64,000 bases of DNA from Cyanophora paradoxa CCMP329. Lineage: Eukaryota > Plantae > Glaucophyta. The notes under the pieces are model-generated. The model had not been told where the DNA came from. It searched no databases and saw only the letters and a list, made by a program, of their open reading frames with translations. The stretch spans positions 62,001 to 126,000 of the forward strand of contig QPMI01000491.1 of NCBI GenBank assembly GCA_004431415.1, written 5' to 3'. The translations under genes were made by a program, and so were the position numbers. Shown one piece after another: positions 40,027 through 50,797 of this stretch; positions within the stretch are counted from its first letter, which is position 1; each line of letters starts with the position of its first letter.

Positions 40027-40308
40027 TACTGTAGGAATGCTTAAATTGCCGCGTATTACGGTAGTTAAATTGCCGAATTTGACCAAAACCGGAATTGCCG
40101 TGGCCATGGCGAATCATTGGCGATACGATAAATTGCCGAATTCGAAACTCTGGATTTCTTCTATGGCGCCAATGCCGCGCCATACAAAAGCGGCCATTTA
40201 GCTCTACCCCCTGAGAATTGCCGTGGCTTAAAATTGCCGAATTCGGCCTCTAGACCTCGGCAATATCCGGCAATTTAAAACATCGGCTAAAAAAGCATTC
40301 CTACAGTA
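40027..40308. mobile_element. MITE, Tc1/mariner-like, second family
   Basis: 14-bp perfect TIRs CTGTAGGAATGCTT (40029-40042) and AAGCATTCCTACAG (40293-40306), each flanked by TA. Interior carries multiple AATTGCCG motifs in both orientations. Confidence 0.8.
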
Positions 40309-42124
40309 GTAGCACTGCCGCAGTGCACGTGCGGCCCAGTCGACGTCTGAACGTGAATTCGAGTCCCCGGCCGCGGCGAGTCGCCGGCGACTCGATCCCC
40401 GCCGGCGCCGACTGCCAGGCGCCGGCTGCCCGGCCCGGCCGGCCGGCGCCGGCTCGGCGCCGCCGGCGGCCGCGGCCAGTGACGGCCACCGTGCAGTGCG
40501 TGCACGTACGCGCGCGGCGCGCGTGTCCGACCGTCGGACGCGTACGGTCGTGCAGCGACGTCACGCCGACGTGCACTCATACGCGGATACTGAAGATCTA
40601 GAATGAATGAGCGAATTCGATTTGAAGATCTCGATCGCGCGACGAGTCCGCCGACGAGTCGGCGACGACTCGGCGCGGCGATCTCGCGTTAATCGAAAAT
40701 CTTGATCGAGAATCTTTTGGGAAACATTTGAAGATCGCGTGCGGATCTTCCGAAGTTCGACGATCATCGGATCGTGATTCGTGATCATCGGATCGATGAT
40801 CCGATGATCATCGGATCACGAGTCGATTGAACTCGATTCACGACCAGTCGACGTCTGGCATGGCAGCATTGGCAGGTGACCTCAGGGCCTGCAGGACACC
40901 CGGTGACCTGCCGCGGCCTTCAAGGCTTGACACGGCCCACGTGCACACCGTCCGGTCTCACACCGACTCGGCGAGTCACACGGCGTCGTGACGGCGACGC
41001 CTCGAGCTCATCGCCGAGTCGACTCCTCGTGACGGCGAGTCGATCGCGACCGGATCAGCGGCCGATGAATCCGATCGGAGATGTTCGAGTTCGAATACGC
41101 CCGAGACCGCTAGCCACGGGCCCGGGGGCGGACGCCCCTCGGGCTGCAGTCTCCGCCCCCGATCGCGAGCCGCGACCCGAGGACCGAGGTTTGCATGATC
41201 CTCGATGCGATCGTCTAGATCTCGAGCTCGAACATCGTCCGACACTGTGAGTATGTGACAGTCGCGGCCCGTGATCGCGATTCGCGAGCTCGAGGGCCCG
41301 CGCGCGACCCGCGGGCGCCGGCCGCCGGGCCTGCATGCGCAGCTGCATGCTCCTAAAAAAATCGACACCAGAATTGTTTTCGAATATGAAATGAAAACTC
41401 CGGCCAGGAATTCGAAGTTGCGTTTACGAAAAAATGCAAATTAAAGCTCGAGCCGGTCACGAGTAGAGTCGCGGCGGTGGCTAGCGCTGTCATGGGATCA
41501 ATTGGAAGAATATTAATATAGATTCGATTCACCCTCGCACGCGAGGAAGAGGGGCGCGCGGCCCGCACGGGGCGACTTCGACGGCTGTACATGTCAAGAA
41601 TTCGCGTGCGATCGCGAGGAACTCGGAACTCGGAAGAACTCGGAACTAACGGCAGGGCTGTCCCGATCGCGATCAAGAATCACGCGAGGAAGATCGAGAG
41701 GGCTCCGCCGGGCCGGGAAGTTGAAGCTTCTAAGAGGAGCTTAAATGATGCCGACCTTGACAACTACGCACCAATATTAATATTAATATAGCGCTGGCGC
41801 CTGATGCAACGGCACGAGGTAGAGTGCAGGTCAATTGAATTTAATTCAAATAAAAAGAAATTAAAGCGAAAGAAATCAAACCAGGGGACCGGGGCGCGGG
41901 GGGGCCCCGCCCCTACTGGCCCCCTAGACTCTGAGCCTCGAGGACTAAAGCAACTTATATCAGTAGGCAACTAAAAAGCCTTCAAAAACGCACAAGCGGT
42001 GAAAAGCCCTATAGCTAGCTGTAGCTAATCACATACCTATACACATACAGCCTACTACTACGTATACTTAAGAACTTAAGGAATTCTAATCCGAAGACGG
42101 CTTGTACGTTTCGGACGGCTAGCG

Positions 42125-43904
42125 CTATGCGGGGAGGCCGGCATCGATATCGGAGGAGCGAACGGAGGCGATGAAGGCGGCCGTCGAGCTCCCCGCGATC
42201 TCCCTGCGCGTGCGAGGCTCGGGGCTCGAAGGGGGCGGGGGGGAGTGGGGGTGGAGTGGCGGACCAGAGGGCGCGCATGCGGCGGAGGGCCTGCGGGGGC
42301 CGCGGGGACTCGGCGGCGGGCGCCTGCGAGCGGAAGGAGGCCATGAGGCAGCCCAGCGCCATGCTCAGGTCCGACAGGTCCCCCGCCCCCACCCCCTGCC
42401 GCACCCTCCCCGTCAGCCTCCGAAAAGGGGGGGGGAGAAAAGAGAGGGGGGTAGACCTCGACGCCGTCGGGTGCGGGGCAGCAGTAGGATCGCTCGCGGT
42501 GGCCCCTGCGGACGAGCGCGCGGTACCACTCCACAATGAGGCGCCCGTCCGCCCCCATGCGCGGCTCCTCCTCCGCCGCCGCCGCCGGGCCGGGACTCCA
42601 GCAGGGGCCCGCGCCCGAGCCGGGGCCCCCGGGCGTCCGCGGCTCCTCGGGCGCGGGCGCCGCCGGATCGAGGCAGCCGCGGGCGGCGCTCAGGACGCGC
42701 GCGATGGTGACGACCGCCTGCTCCGCCACTGCCCGCTCCGCCGCCAGCGCCGTGCTCACCTGAGGCCGCGCGGGCTCAGGGACGCTGAGGAGGCGGCGCG
42801 GCGCGGCCTCGCGGATCGGATCGGACCTCGCGCGCCACGTCCGCCGACGCGTCTGCGATCGCCTCCTCCGAGGCCCGCAGCACCGCCTCCCGCTCCGCTG
42901 CGCCCGCCCCCCCCGCGCCTCAGCCCGCTGCTCAGCTAAGGAAAAGGGGGCGGGGGACGCGCCCTCGAGCCTCGCCACCTCGTTCTCCGCCTCCTCGGTC
43001 TTGGCGGCGTACTGCGATCGGGCCGGGCGGGGCCGGCGCGCCTCAGCGGGGCGCCCGGCGGCGGCCACGGGGGCGCTCCCTGCAAGCGCCGACCTCGCGC
43101 ATGAGGCGCTTGCAGTCGCGGAGCTCGGCCTGGGAGGCGGCGAGCTCGCGCTCCATCTCCTCGGCCCGCTGCGCCGTGGAGAAGAGGCGCGCCTCCGTGG
43201 AGAGCAGCTGCTCCTGCAGCGTCGCCTGCGCCTGCGCGGCCGGCGCCGGCGGAAAGCGCGGCTCGAGAGGACTCCGGGAGGCGAGAGGAGGCGGGGCGGG
43301 CGGCGCACGGCCTCGTGGCAGCGCCCTTTCTGGAGGAGGACGGAGACCTCGTCCTTCAGGCGCTCCGCGTCGTGCCGGATCGTGCGCGCGCTCGCCCCGT
43401 TCGCCCCGCAGCTCGTCCTGCCGGCCGCCGCCGACGCGGGGAGCTGCCGCTGCGAGATGCGCCGCTGCGAGATGTGCCGCAGGGAGGCCGCGAGCCCCTC
43501 GGCGCAGGCGCCGGCGCCGGCGCCGCACGCGAGGTCCGCCCCGGGCCCCGCCTCGCGCTCCACGTCCTCCCGCCGGACGAGGCCGTCCCCGTCGGCGTCG
43601 AGCGCCGCCACGACGTCCGTCACCTCATCCTCGCTCAGGTCGTACGCCGCCAGCACATCCCTGCGCCCCGCCGTCAGCCCCCGCTCTCTAGATCTCCAGC
43701 AACACGGCGGGCGCGGAGCGCAGGAAGGAGGAGGGGCGGATCGGTTTGTACACGCATGCAAAGGCCCGTTTTAAGGTCTAGCCCGTCATGCGGGGCGCAC
43801 CGGAGGCGCGAGACGGGGATGGCGGACTCGTCGCCGGGGAAGAGCGCGTCGACGACAGCTGCGGCCGGCGCGTGCTTCTTCGTCGGCGTAGCTAGCGATG
43901 GCAT
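42125..43904 (-). CDS. EF-hand + coiled-coil protein
   Basis: MPSLATPTKK..VVDALFPGDESAIPVSRLR|DVLAAYDLSEDEVTDVVAALDADGDGLVRREDV (EF loop DADGDGLV), then heptad exons (QATLQEQLLSTEARLFSTAQRAEEMERELAASQAEL). Both ends are uncertain. Confidence 0.6.
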
Positions 43905-44426
43905 CGAGATCGGGAGGCCAGCCGCAGCAGAAGGAGTAACCGCCGCAACAACGGCCAGGCGGGGGGTACAGTGTGCGTGGAGCACATTCGTGGAGCGCTA
44001 GCCGTCTGCAGGAGCTCTGCAGATGTCGACGTCTGCACTCCAACATGCATGGAGCAACGCAAGGCTGTAGCTAGCAAGACGTCGGCTGCTGTACATGTCA
44101 TGCCGCAGTGCGTGCGCAGCTCACTGCAGCTGCCGCAGCGCGCGTGCGAGGCGATGTCGATATCCGATGTTCTACAGTAATTGAGTGATACACATACGCC
44201 GCGTACTACGATACAAGCGCGGGGCGCAGCGCGCCGCGCACCCCGGCCCGCGGCCGCGGCCGGGCGCCGGGGCCCGCGGCCGCGGCCGGGCCCGCGGGCC
44301 GATCGATATCGATCGATATCGCGGCCCACCCCGGCTGGCATCGCGGCATCGCCGGGGAACGAGGATGACGTCCCCGCGAGGCCGCGGCCGCGCGGCGCCT
44401 CGCGCCTCGCGGCGGCGGGGGGGTCG

Positions 44427-45756
44427 CTACAGGGGCTTGCGCCAGTAGGAGGTGTGCCAGTCGGCCTCCACGAGCGGCTCCTCTATGCCGTGCTTCCTCC
44501 TGTAGTCCTCCGTCGCCTGCCGCGCCGCGCACCAGTCCCTGCCGCGCGGCCGCGGGGGAAGAGTCGGGGGTACATGATTTAGAGGAGGGGCGGGGACGGG
44601 TGTCGCGCACGCGATGCCCCAGTCGTCCACGATCACGTACCCCCCTGGGCTCAGCAACGGGTACAGCGCCTCGAGCACGGGGTACGTCGACTCGTACTGC
44701 GGGCGGCCCCGGCTCGGACGGTCGGGGGTACGCGGGGCGGGGGGAAGGGGGGGGAGGGGCGCTTTGGGGGGTACGCACGTAGTCGCCGTCGAGGCGGAGG
44801 ACGGCGAGCTGCTTGATGGGGCCCGGGAGGGAGCGGTCGAACCAGCCTGGGTACGATGTGAGACCGCGGCCGCGCGGGAAGGGGGGTACGGTGCGGGCGC
44901 ACCCTTCAGGAACTTGACCTGGTCGTCCAGCAGGCCGAAGCTGGGGGGGGGGGGGGGGGCGGGGGCGGGGGCGGAGCGGGGTACAGGCGCACCGCTCGAA
45001 GTTGCGCCGCACGTCGGCTTCGTCCGCCCGCCTGCGGCCGCGGGGCCCCGCCGCGGCTCAGCTCGACCGGCGAGGAAGCTCGGGGCGGGGCGGGGGCAGG
45101 GCGGACAAGTGCCCTGCGGCGCAGATGGCCGGCATCGAGTGCATGACCTTGTCCACCTCCTGCGTCGGCTCCGGCAGGCCTGCGCGCGCCGCGCCCCGCC
45201 GCCGCCGGTCACGGCCAGCTTCGCGTGCCGGCGGGGCGGGGCGGGGCGCGCGCGCCCTCGAACGAGTCGGCGACCCACACGGAGCGATCCTTCACTGCGC
45301 GCGCGCGCGTGCTCGGCGCGGGGCGGCGGGGCGCGGGGCGCCGGGGGCGGGGCGGCGGGCGCGCACCGCCGTAGGCCTTGAGAACGGCGCGGGCGACGAT
45401 GCAGGTGCCGCCGCGCCAGACGCCGGCCTCCACGAAGTCGCCCGGCACGCCGTCCCGCAGGCACGACTCGAGGAGCTGCTGAACATTGTCCAGGCGCTTC
45501 GCCGAGAGCATCGAGACGGCCCGCCCGGAGAGGAAGTGCCTGTGCGACCGAGAGCGCCGCGGCCGGTCATGCACGGCCGCGGCGGCGCGGAGAGCGGGAA
45601 GGGCGACGTCCGGGCGCACGCGGGCCAGCGGGGGTCCGTCTCATCCTCAGGCTTGTCGGCGGGCGGCGGGTCGCAGAGCACGCCGTCGACCACGGACTTC
45701 TTGACGAGCTCCAGGTACGCTCGTCCGATCTCCGCGTCGAATGCGAGCGGCGGCAT
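44427..45756 (-). CDS. TylF/MycF/NovP-family O-methyltransferase
   Basis: Spliced: [54 protein letters not shown]|GLP..VRRNFER|[12 protein letters not shown]|[18 protein letters not shown]|[26 protein letters not shown]. These are the TylF family motifs. Confidence 0.93.
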
Positions 45757-46142
45757 CTGCAGCTGCCGGCGGATCGCCGATGGGTCGGATACGTATTACG
45801 TACGCGAGCTGCCCTGCCCTAAGCGCTCCTCGTCTGCAAGTATGATCCGATCGGCGTTTGCGTCACGTTCGAATTCGCGCCAGCCCGACTCACTGCTGCT
45901 GCGACGAAACTCCCCTGTATATTGCGTAGCCCCCTCGGTTGCGCGACTCAGCGCGAGTCACCGCGACTCAGCGCGAGTCAGCAGCGCGACTCCACGAGCA
46001 GGCGTCGGCTGAGAGCAAGTGCGAGGCTTAGCAAGCGAGCCCTCATCAGCTGGCTCAGCGGCAGGCTCGCGGGCATCTCGCGCCATTGCGGGTCCGGTCA
46101 TTCCTGGCGGTTTGGACGTGGTCGTCTGCCCGGCATAAGCAG

Positions 46143-47648
46143 ATGGCCTTTCTTTGCCCTCTTGGCGTTCCCGCCACCTTTCGGCGAGACGCGCGAGCGC
46201 TCTCCTCGAGCTCGGCGCCGGCGGCGGCGCCGGCCGCGGCCGGCTTGGAGCGGCGGCCTTGCTCTGGCCTGGGCGGTCTGGCATTCTCAAGCTTGCTCGA
46301 GAATGCCGATCGACGCCGTTTCTTTGGTCTCGCTTTGGACATCGCCCGACCCACCACGTATACGTACGTATACGCTTGCGCATGCGCATGGCATACCTTT
46401 ACGTATACGTGATTGATTGACCTGTCGGCCAGCTTCTCGCTTCCCGCGGGCCGACAGGGCCTCTTCGTCCTCAGCGAGGGCTCGGCGCCGCGGCCGGCCG
46501 CGGCCGCGGCCGGAAAGAAGCTGAAGAATCTCAAGCCAAAGGGAGCGAAGAAGAGCAAGAAGTCGAAGGATGGCGCGCCGGTCACGGCTCCAACGGCGTC
46601 GTCCCCCGCCGTGCGCGCGCGACGCGCCGCGCCGGACGCGCCGCGACGCTCCCTTTGAGCGCGCTGCAGCTGGCGCCCGCGCAGGTGGCGCGGACGTTGC
46701 GGCACGCGTGGGCGGCCCCGGACGATCTCTTCTACGCGCCGCCCGAGATCAAGGAGAAGTACTCCAGGGTTTACACCGACGGGAAGGACTACTATGCCGT
46801 CTTCCTTAACATCACGGACATAAGGCGCGCCGCCCGCCCGACGGCCGCGGCCGCCGCTGCCGCGGCCGCCCGCGCACGCCCCCCGCTGAGCGGCGCACAC
46901 AGCCACGAGAAACAAGGGCACAACAAGTTCTACGTGATGCAGGTGCCGGGGGGCCAGCGGACGCCGGCGCCAGCGCGGGGGCCGGGCTCGTCGGCGGCTC
47001 ATGGGCCGGACCGCATGCGCAGCTGCTGGAGGAGAGAGCGCGGCCCGGCAAGTTCGTGGTCTACACGCGCTGGGGCCGCAACGGCCTCTACGAGAAGCCG
47101 CCGGCGCACAAGATCAAGGAGTGCGACGGCCTCGAAGGGGCGAAGAAGCTCTTCAAGGAGAAGTTCAAGGAGAAGACCGGCAACGTCTTCGGGGAGCCCT
47201 TCGTCCACCTGAAACACAGGCCTGGCAGGCCTGGCAAGCGTGCGCGGGCGCGCCGCCGCGTCGACGTCCGGCGCCCGAGCGACGGGCGCGGGCGGGCGGC
47301 GGGGGGCGCAGCGCTGTACGACGTCGTCGAGTTCGAGTACGGCCCGAGCGCCGCCGCCGGCTGCTGCTGCGAGGACGAGGGCGTCGACTGCGAGCGGGTG
47401 GTGCGCGCCCGAGCCTCCCCGGCCCGCGAGGCCGAGGGCGCGGCGCAGCTGACGTCGACACCCCGCGCCGCACCGCATGCGCAGTGGGCCGCGGCGTGGC
47501 CGGGGCGGCCGAACCCGCTTGCCGGCTGCGCGCTGGAGCCGGCCGTGCGGGGCTTCCTCGAGCTCGTCCTCCTCCGCGCCGCCCTCGAGCTGACCCTCTT
47601 GAACATCGGCGTCGACGTCGGCTACTACAGCGTCCCCGTCGGTGCGCC

Positions 47649-47682
<34 letters not shown>

Positions 47683-48802
47683 GCGGCCCCGCTCACCGGC
47701 GCCCCGCGCCGCGGCAGGCAAGCTCTCCAAGCGGCAGATCGCGAAGGGCCTCAGCATCCTCCGGCAGATCCGGATCCTGGAGCTGGGCGAGGGCGGCCCG
47801 GCCCTCCTCGAGGGGCTCTCCAGCCTCTTCTACACCGCCGTGCCCCACGGCTTCGGTGACCGCGGGCGGGCGGGGCGTGGCCCTCCCCGTCCCCCCTCCT
47901 CACCGGGCGCCAGGCTCCGAGAGGCCGCCGGTGGTGACCGAGCTCCGCGACCGGTGGCCGGGATCGCGTCCCCGGGACTTCGTTCTCGACCGCGAGTGCG
48001 CGTACATCGCCGTCCTGGTACCCGTCCCATCCCGGCCCCTGCCGGCCCCGCCCCCGCCCCCGCCGGCGCCGCCTGATCGCGGCCGGCGCCCCGCCGCGCC
48101 CCGCAGGTGTTCGTTGCGCTTGCGCTCCGCGCGGCCGGCTCCATCGACGACGCGCAGTGCCTCCAGAAGCTCGTGCGCGCGTACCCCTCCCTCCCTCTCC
48201 CCCCGCGACCCCCTCGGAGCGGCGCCGGCCCGCGGCCGGCCGCAGGGCGAGGCGGTGGACGGTCTGCGGGGGGCGATCCCGGACTACGCGGAGACGCGCG
48301 CGGAGCGGGTCTCGTGCATGGCCGGTCTTCTCCTCATATCCGCGTGGAACTTCGGTCGGCTCGCGGGGCATGCGCGTACCCCACGCGCCCCTGCGGCTGA
48401 CATCGTATCCCTCCTCCCTCCCTCCCCCCTCCTCCCCCCCTTCGCGCAGGCATCGTGCCGGGCAATGAGCCGCCTCCCAACAGGCTCGGGCCCTTCGCTG
48501 CCGCCCTCCGCAAGCAGTCCGCCCGGGCCCGGGCCCTCGCCCCTCTACCTCTAGATCTCGTCTTGCGGCGGCGGCCGCCTGCGGCTGACACGACGGATCG
48601 CAGGGAGGGCCACGTCGTCCTCCCGGCGGTGGCCGACGTTGTCGATCGCATCTTCGCGGTGCCCGGCCCCGGCCCGCCTCCCGCTCGCAGGAGACGAGGG
48701 TTCGGCCGCCGGGCTCACGCGCGGCGCTGGCAGCCGCTGCAGGAGGAGGCGTGGAGGCTCGACGAGGCGCCGAGGAGGAGGAAGAGCCTGCCCCTGGACT
48801 AG
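46143..48802 (+). CDS. WGR + PARP regulatory (helical) domain protein lacking the PARP catalytic domain, with putative plastid transit peptide
   Basis: Exon 1 MAFLCPLGVPATFRR..RRRFFGL splices in phase to Lys-rich exon 2. WGR: YYAVFLNITDI..HNKFYVMQ|LL..VVYTRWGRNG..AKKLFKEKFKEKTGN. PARP_reg: PVG|KLSKRQIAKGLSILRQI..LSSLFYTAVPHGFG|SERPPVV. Stop at 48800-48802 with no HGS/YFA/NEY motifs. Confidence 0.8.
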
Positions 48803-49278
48803 GCCGGCGGGGCCTCTTGGAGCGCGAGGCGCGCGCGGGAGGCTTCAGCTCCTTTGCGGCCGGCAGCCGGCGCTCCGAAGCTCTGCAGCCGAGTCGACCG
48901 GCCGGGCGGGACGCGGCGCACGAGCTCGAGGCTCGAGCTCGTGCAACTTGGCAACTGGGCTCATGATCAGCTCGCTATATTGCGCCCGATGCTTGATGGC
49001 GTGCTGCCAAGCCTGTACCCCACCCCTCGCGGTCGGTCTGCCTTCCCCCCCTTGCCGCAAGAACTGTTACCCGGCCTCCGCGTATTTTGTATTATTTTAG
49101 AATTAGCTCCCCCCGGCCAGTCCCCCGGCCGCGGCCCCGCATAAATAGCCACTCCCGGCTCGTCCAGGCGGCGGTCCCTCTTTCAGTCGAAGTCGCGGGC
49201 CTGCAGGCTGCAGCCGACGATGTGCATGGGAGCCTGCCTCGGGATTGAAAGAAAGGGGCCTAGCCTGCGCGCGCCACC

Positions 49279-50744
49279 CTAGAACTGGAGCTGGTCGGCG
49301 CCCGGCCCGTCCCACGGGTCGCCCGCTGCAGCGTGGGAGACGTCGGCGGGGGGCGCCGCGTTCGCGTCCTTCTCGACCTGCCCGCGCCGCTCAGATCTAG
49401 AGGGCTCAGAGAGGGGGGTACAGGGGCGCGCGCACCTCGTGGGCCTCGAGGTCGACGCTGTTCTCGCGCCCGAAGATCGTCATCGTCGCCGTGATCGTCT
49501 TGCGGTCCTCCGAGATCCCCGTCACCACGCCGCTGAAGCCCTGCATCGGTCCCGACGTCGCCACGATCGCGTCCCCGACCTGTACCCAGGTCAGCGGGGG
49601 AGGGGGGGGGGGGGGGGGGGGGGGGGGGAAGGGGGCGGACCTTGACGTGCATGGGCTGGTAGTCCTCCTCGGTGACGGTCGCGCTGAGCTTCATGATGCG
49701 CTCGACGTCCGCCAGGCTCAGCGGCGCCGGCAGGTTCACCGGCTTCTTCCCCCGCCGCCGCGCGTTCGTCACCTTGCGCGCCTGCCCCACGAAGTTGATC
49801 ACGTTGGGCAGCGAGATCAGCTCCGACGCCGTCTTGTACTCCTCGTCCATCACCATCTGCAGCAGCACGTAGCCTGCGCTCGCGCGCGTGCACGCCCCGT
49901 CAGCTGCAGGCGGCGGACCGCGGGCGGCGGAGCGCACTCGGGAAGAGCTTCTGCTGCATGGTGCGCTGGCGGCCGCCGGTGTCCGAGCGGATGTACGTGC
50001 TCTTCGGGATCAGGACCTTGAAGATCTGGTCCCGCTTGTTCTTCTTCACGATGTAGTGCTCGATCGACGCCTTGACGTGCTGCAGGGGCGCCGAGGGCGC
50101 GCGTTAGGCGGATCCCCAGGCGCGAAAAAGGAAGAGCAAAGGACTGGAAGCGGGGGGGAGGCCCGGGGACGCACGTTCTCGCGGTTCGTGGCGGTCTGGA
50201 GCATGTACCACCGCGCCTTGTCGAGGTTCTTGCGGATCCGCTCGATCAGCGCCTCGTCATCGACGCCGCTCGCTGCAGCAAGAAGATCCGGGTCCTCCTC
50301 GTACACGTCATCGCCCTCCTCCTCGAGTCGCTGCGCCGCGTACGCGTCGTGCTCTTTCAGCAGCTCCTCCTCCGTCATGAGCTCGATCTCCAGGTCATCC
50401 TCGTCTATGTCAACGCCAACGACTGGCGCGTTCGTCGGATTCTCGTCCTCCTCCTCTAGATCGGCGAACTCCTTTTCGATCTCGTCGTCCTCGGGCATTG
50501 CTTTGCCCCGACCCCGCGCTAGGGCATGTACGGGCTCCGCTGCCTCACGTGCTTGCCTCCGAGGACGCTGCTGCTGTGCAGAGAAGGCGCGCAGCGAAGC
50601 GCCGAAAAATCTTGACCTACTGCTGGCCGGCATGCTAGCTGGGCGGGCCTGCGGGGTCCCAAAGGCGCTACATAGCTGTGCGGCAGCTGAAACCGGCGCC
50701 TCCGCCGCGCGGGGAGCCGCGGGCACGCCGGACGCGAACGCCAT
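49279..50744 (-). CDS. nusG: Nucleus-encoded, plastid-targeted NusG (pTAC13-like)
   Basis: Transit peptide MAFASG..SRSRFFGASL, acidic linker, NGN domain (ARWYMLQTATNREN..QKLFP..YVLLQMVM..LPNVINFVG..PAPLSLADVERI), KOW domain (VGDAIVATSGPMQGFSGVV..MTIFGRENSVDL). Confidence 0.92.
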
Positions 50745-50797
50745 AGTCGAGGGGGGGAGAAGTGACAGGGGGGGACAAAGCGGAGGTCGCGGCAGCT

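Noticed and set aside
41740-41810. ATGATG...CTGA possible C/D snoRNA
   Set aside because: Imperfect C box, no terminal stem and no recognisable rRNA guide.
41880-41930. GC hairpin followed by CTAG, like a Helitron 3' end
   Set aside because: Followed by A rather than T, and no 5' TC end or Rep/helicase remnant was identifiable.
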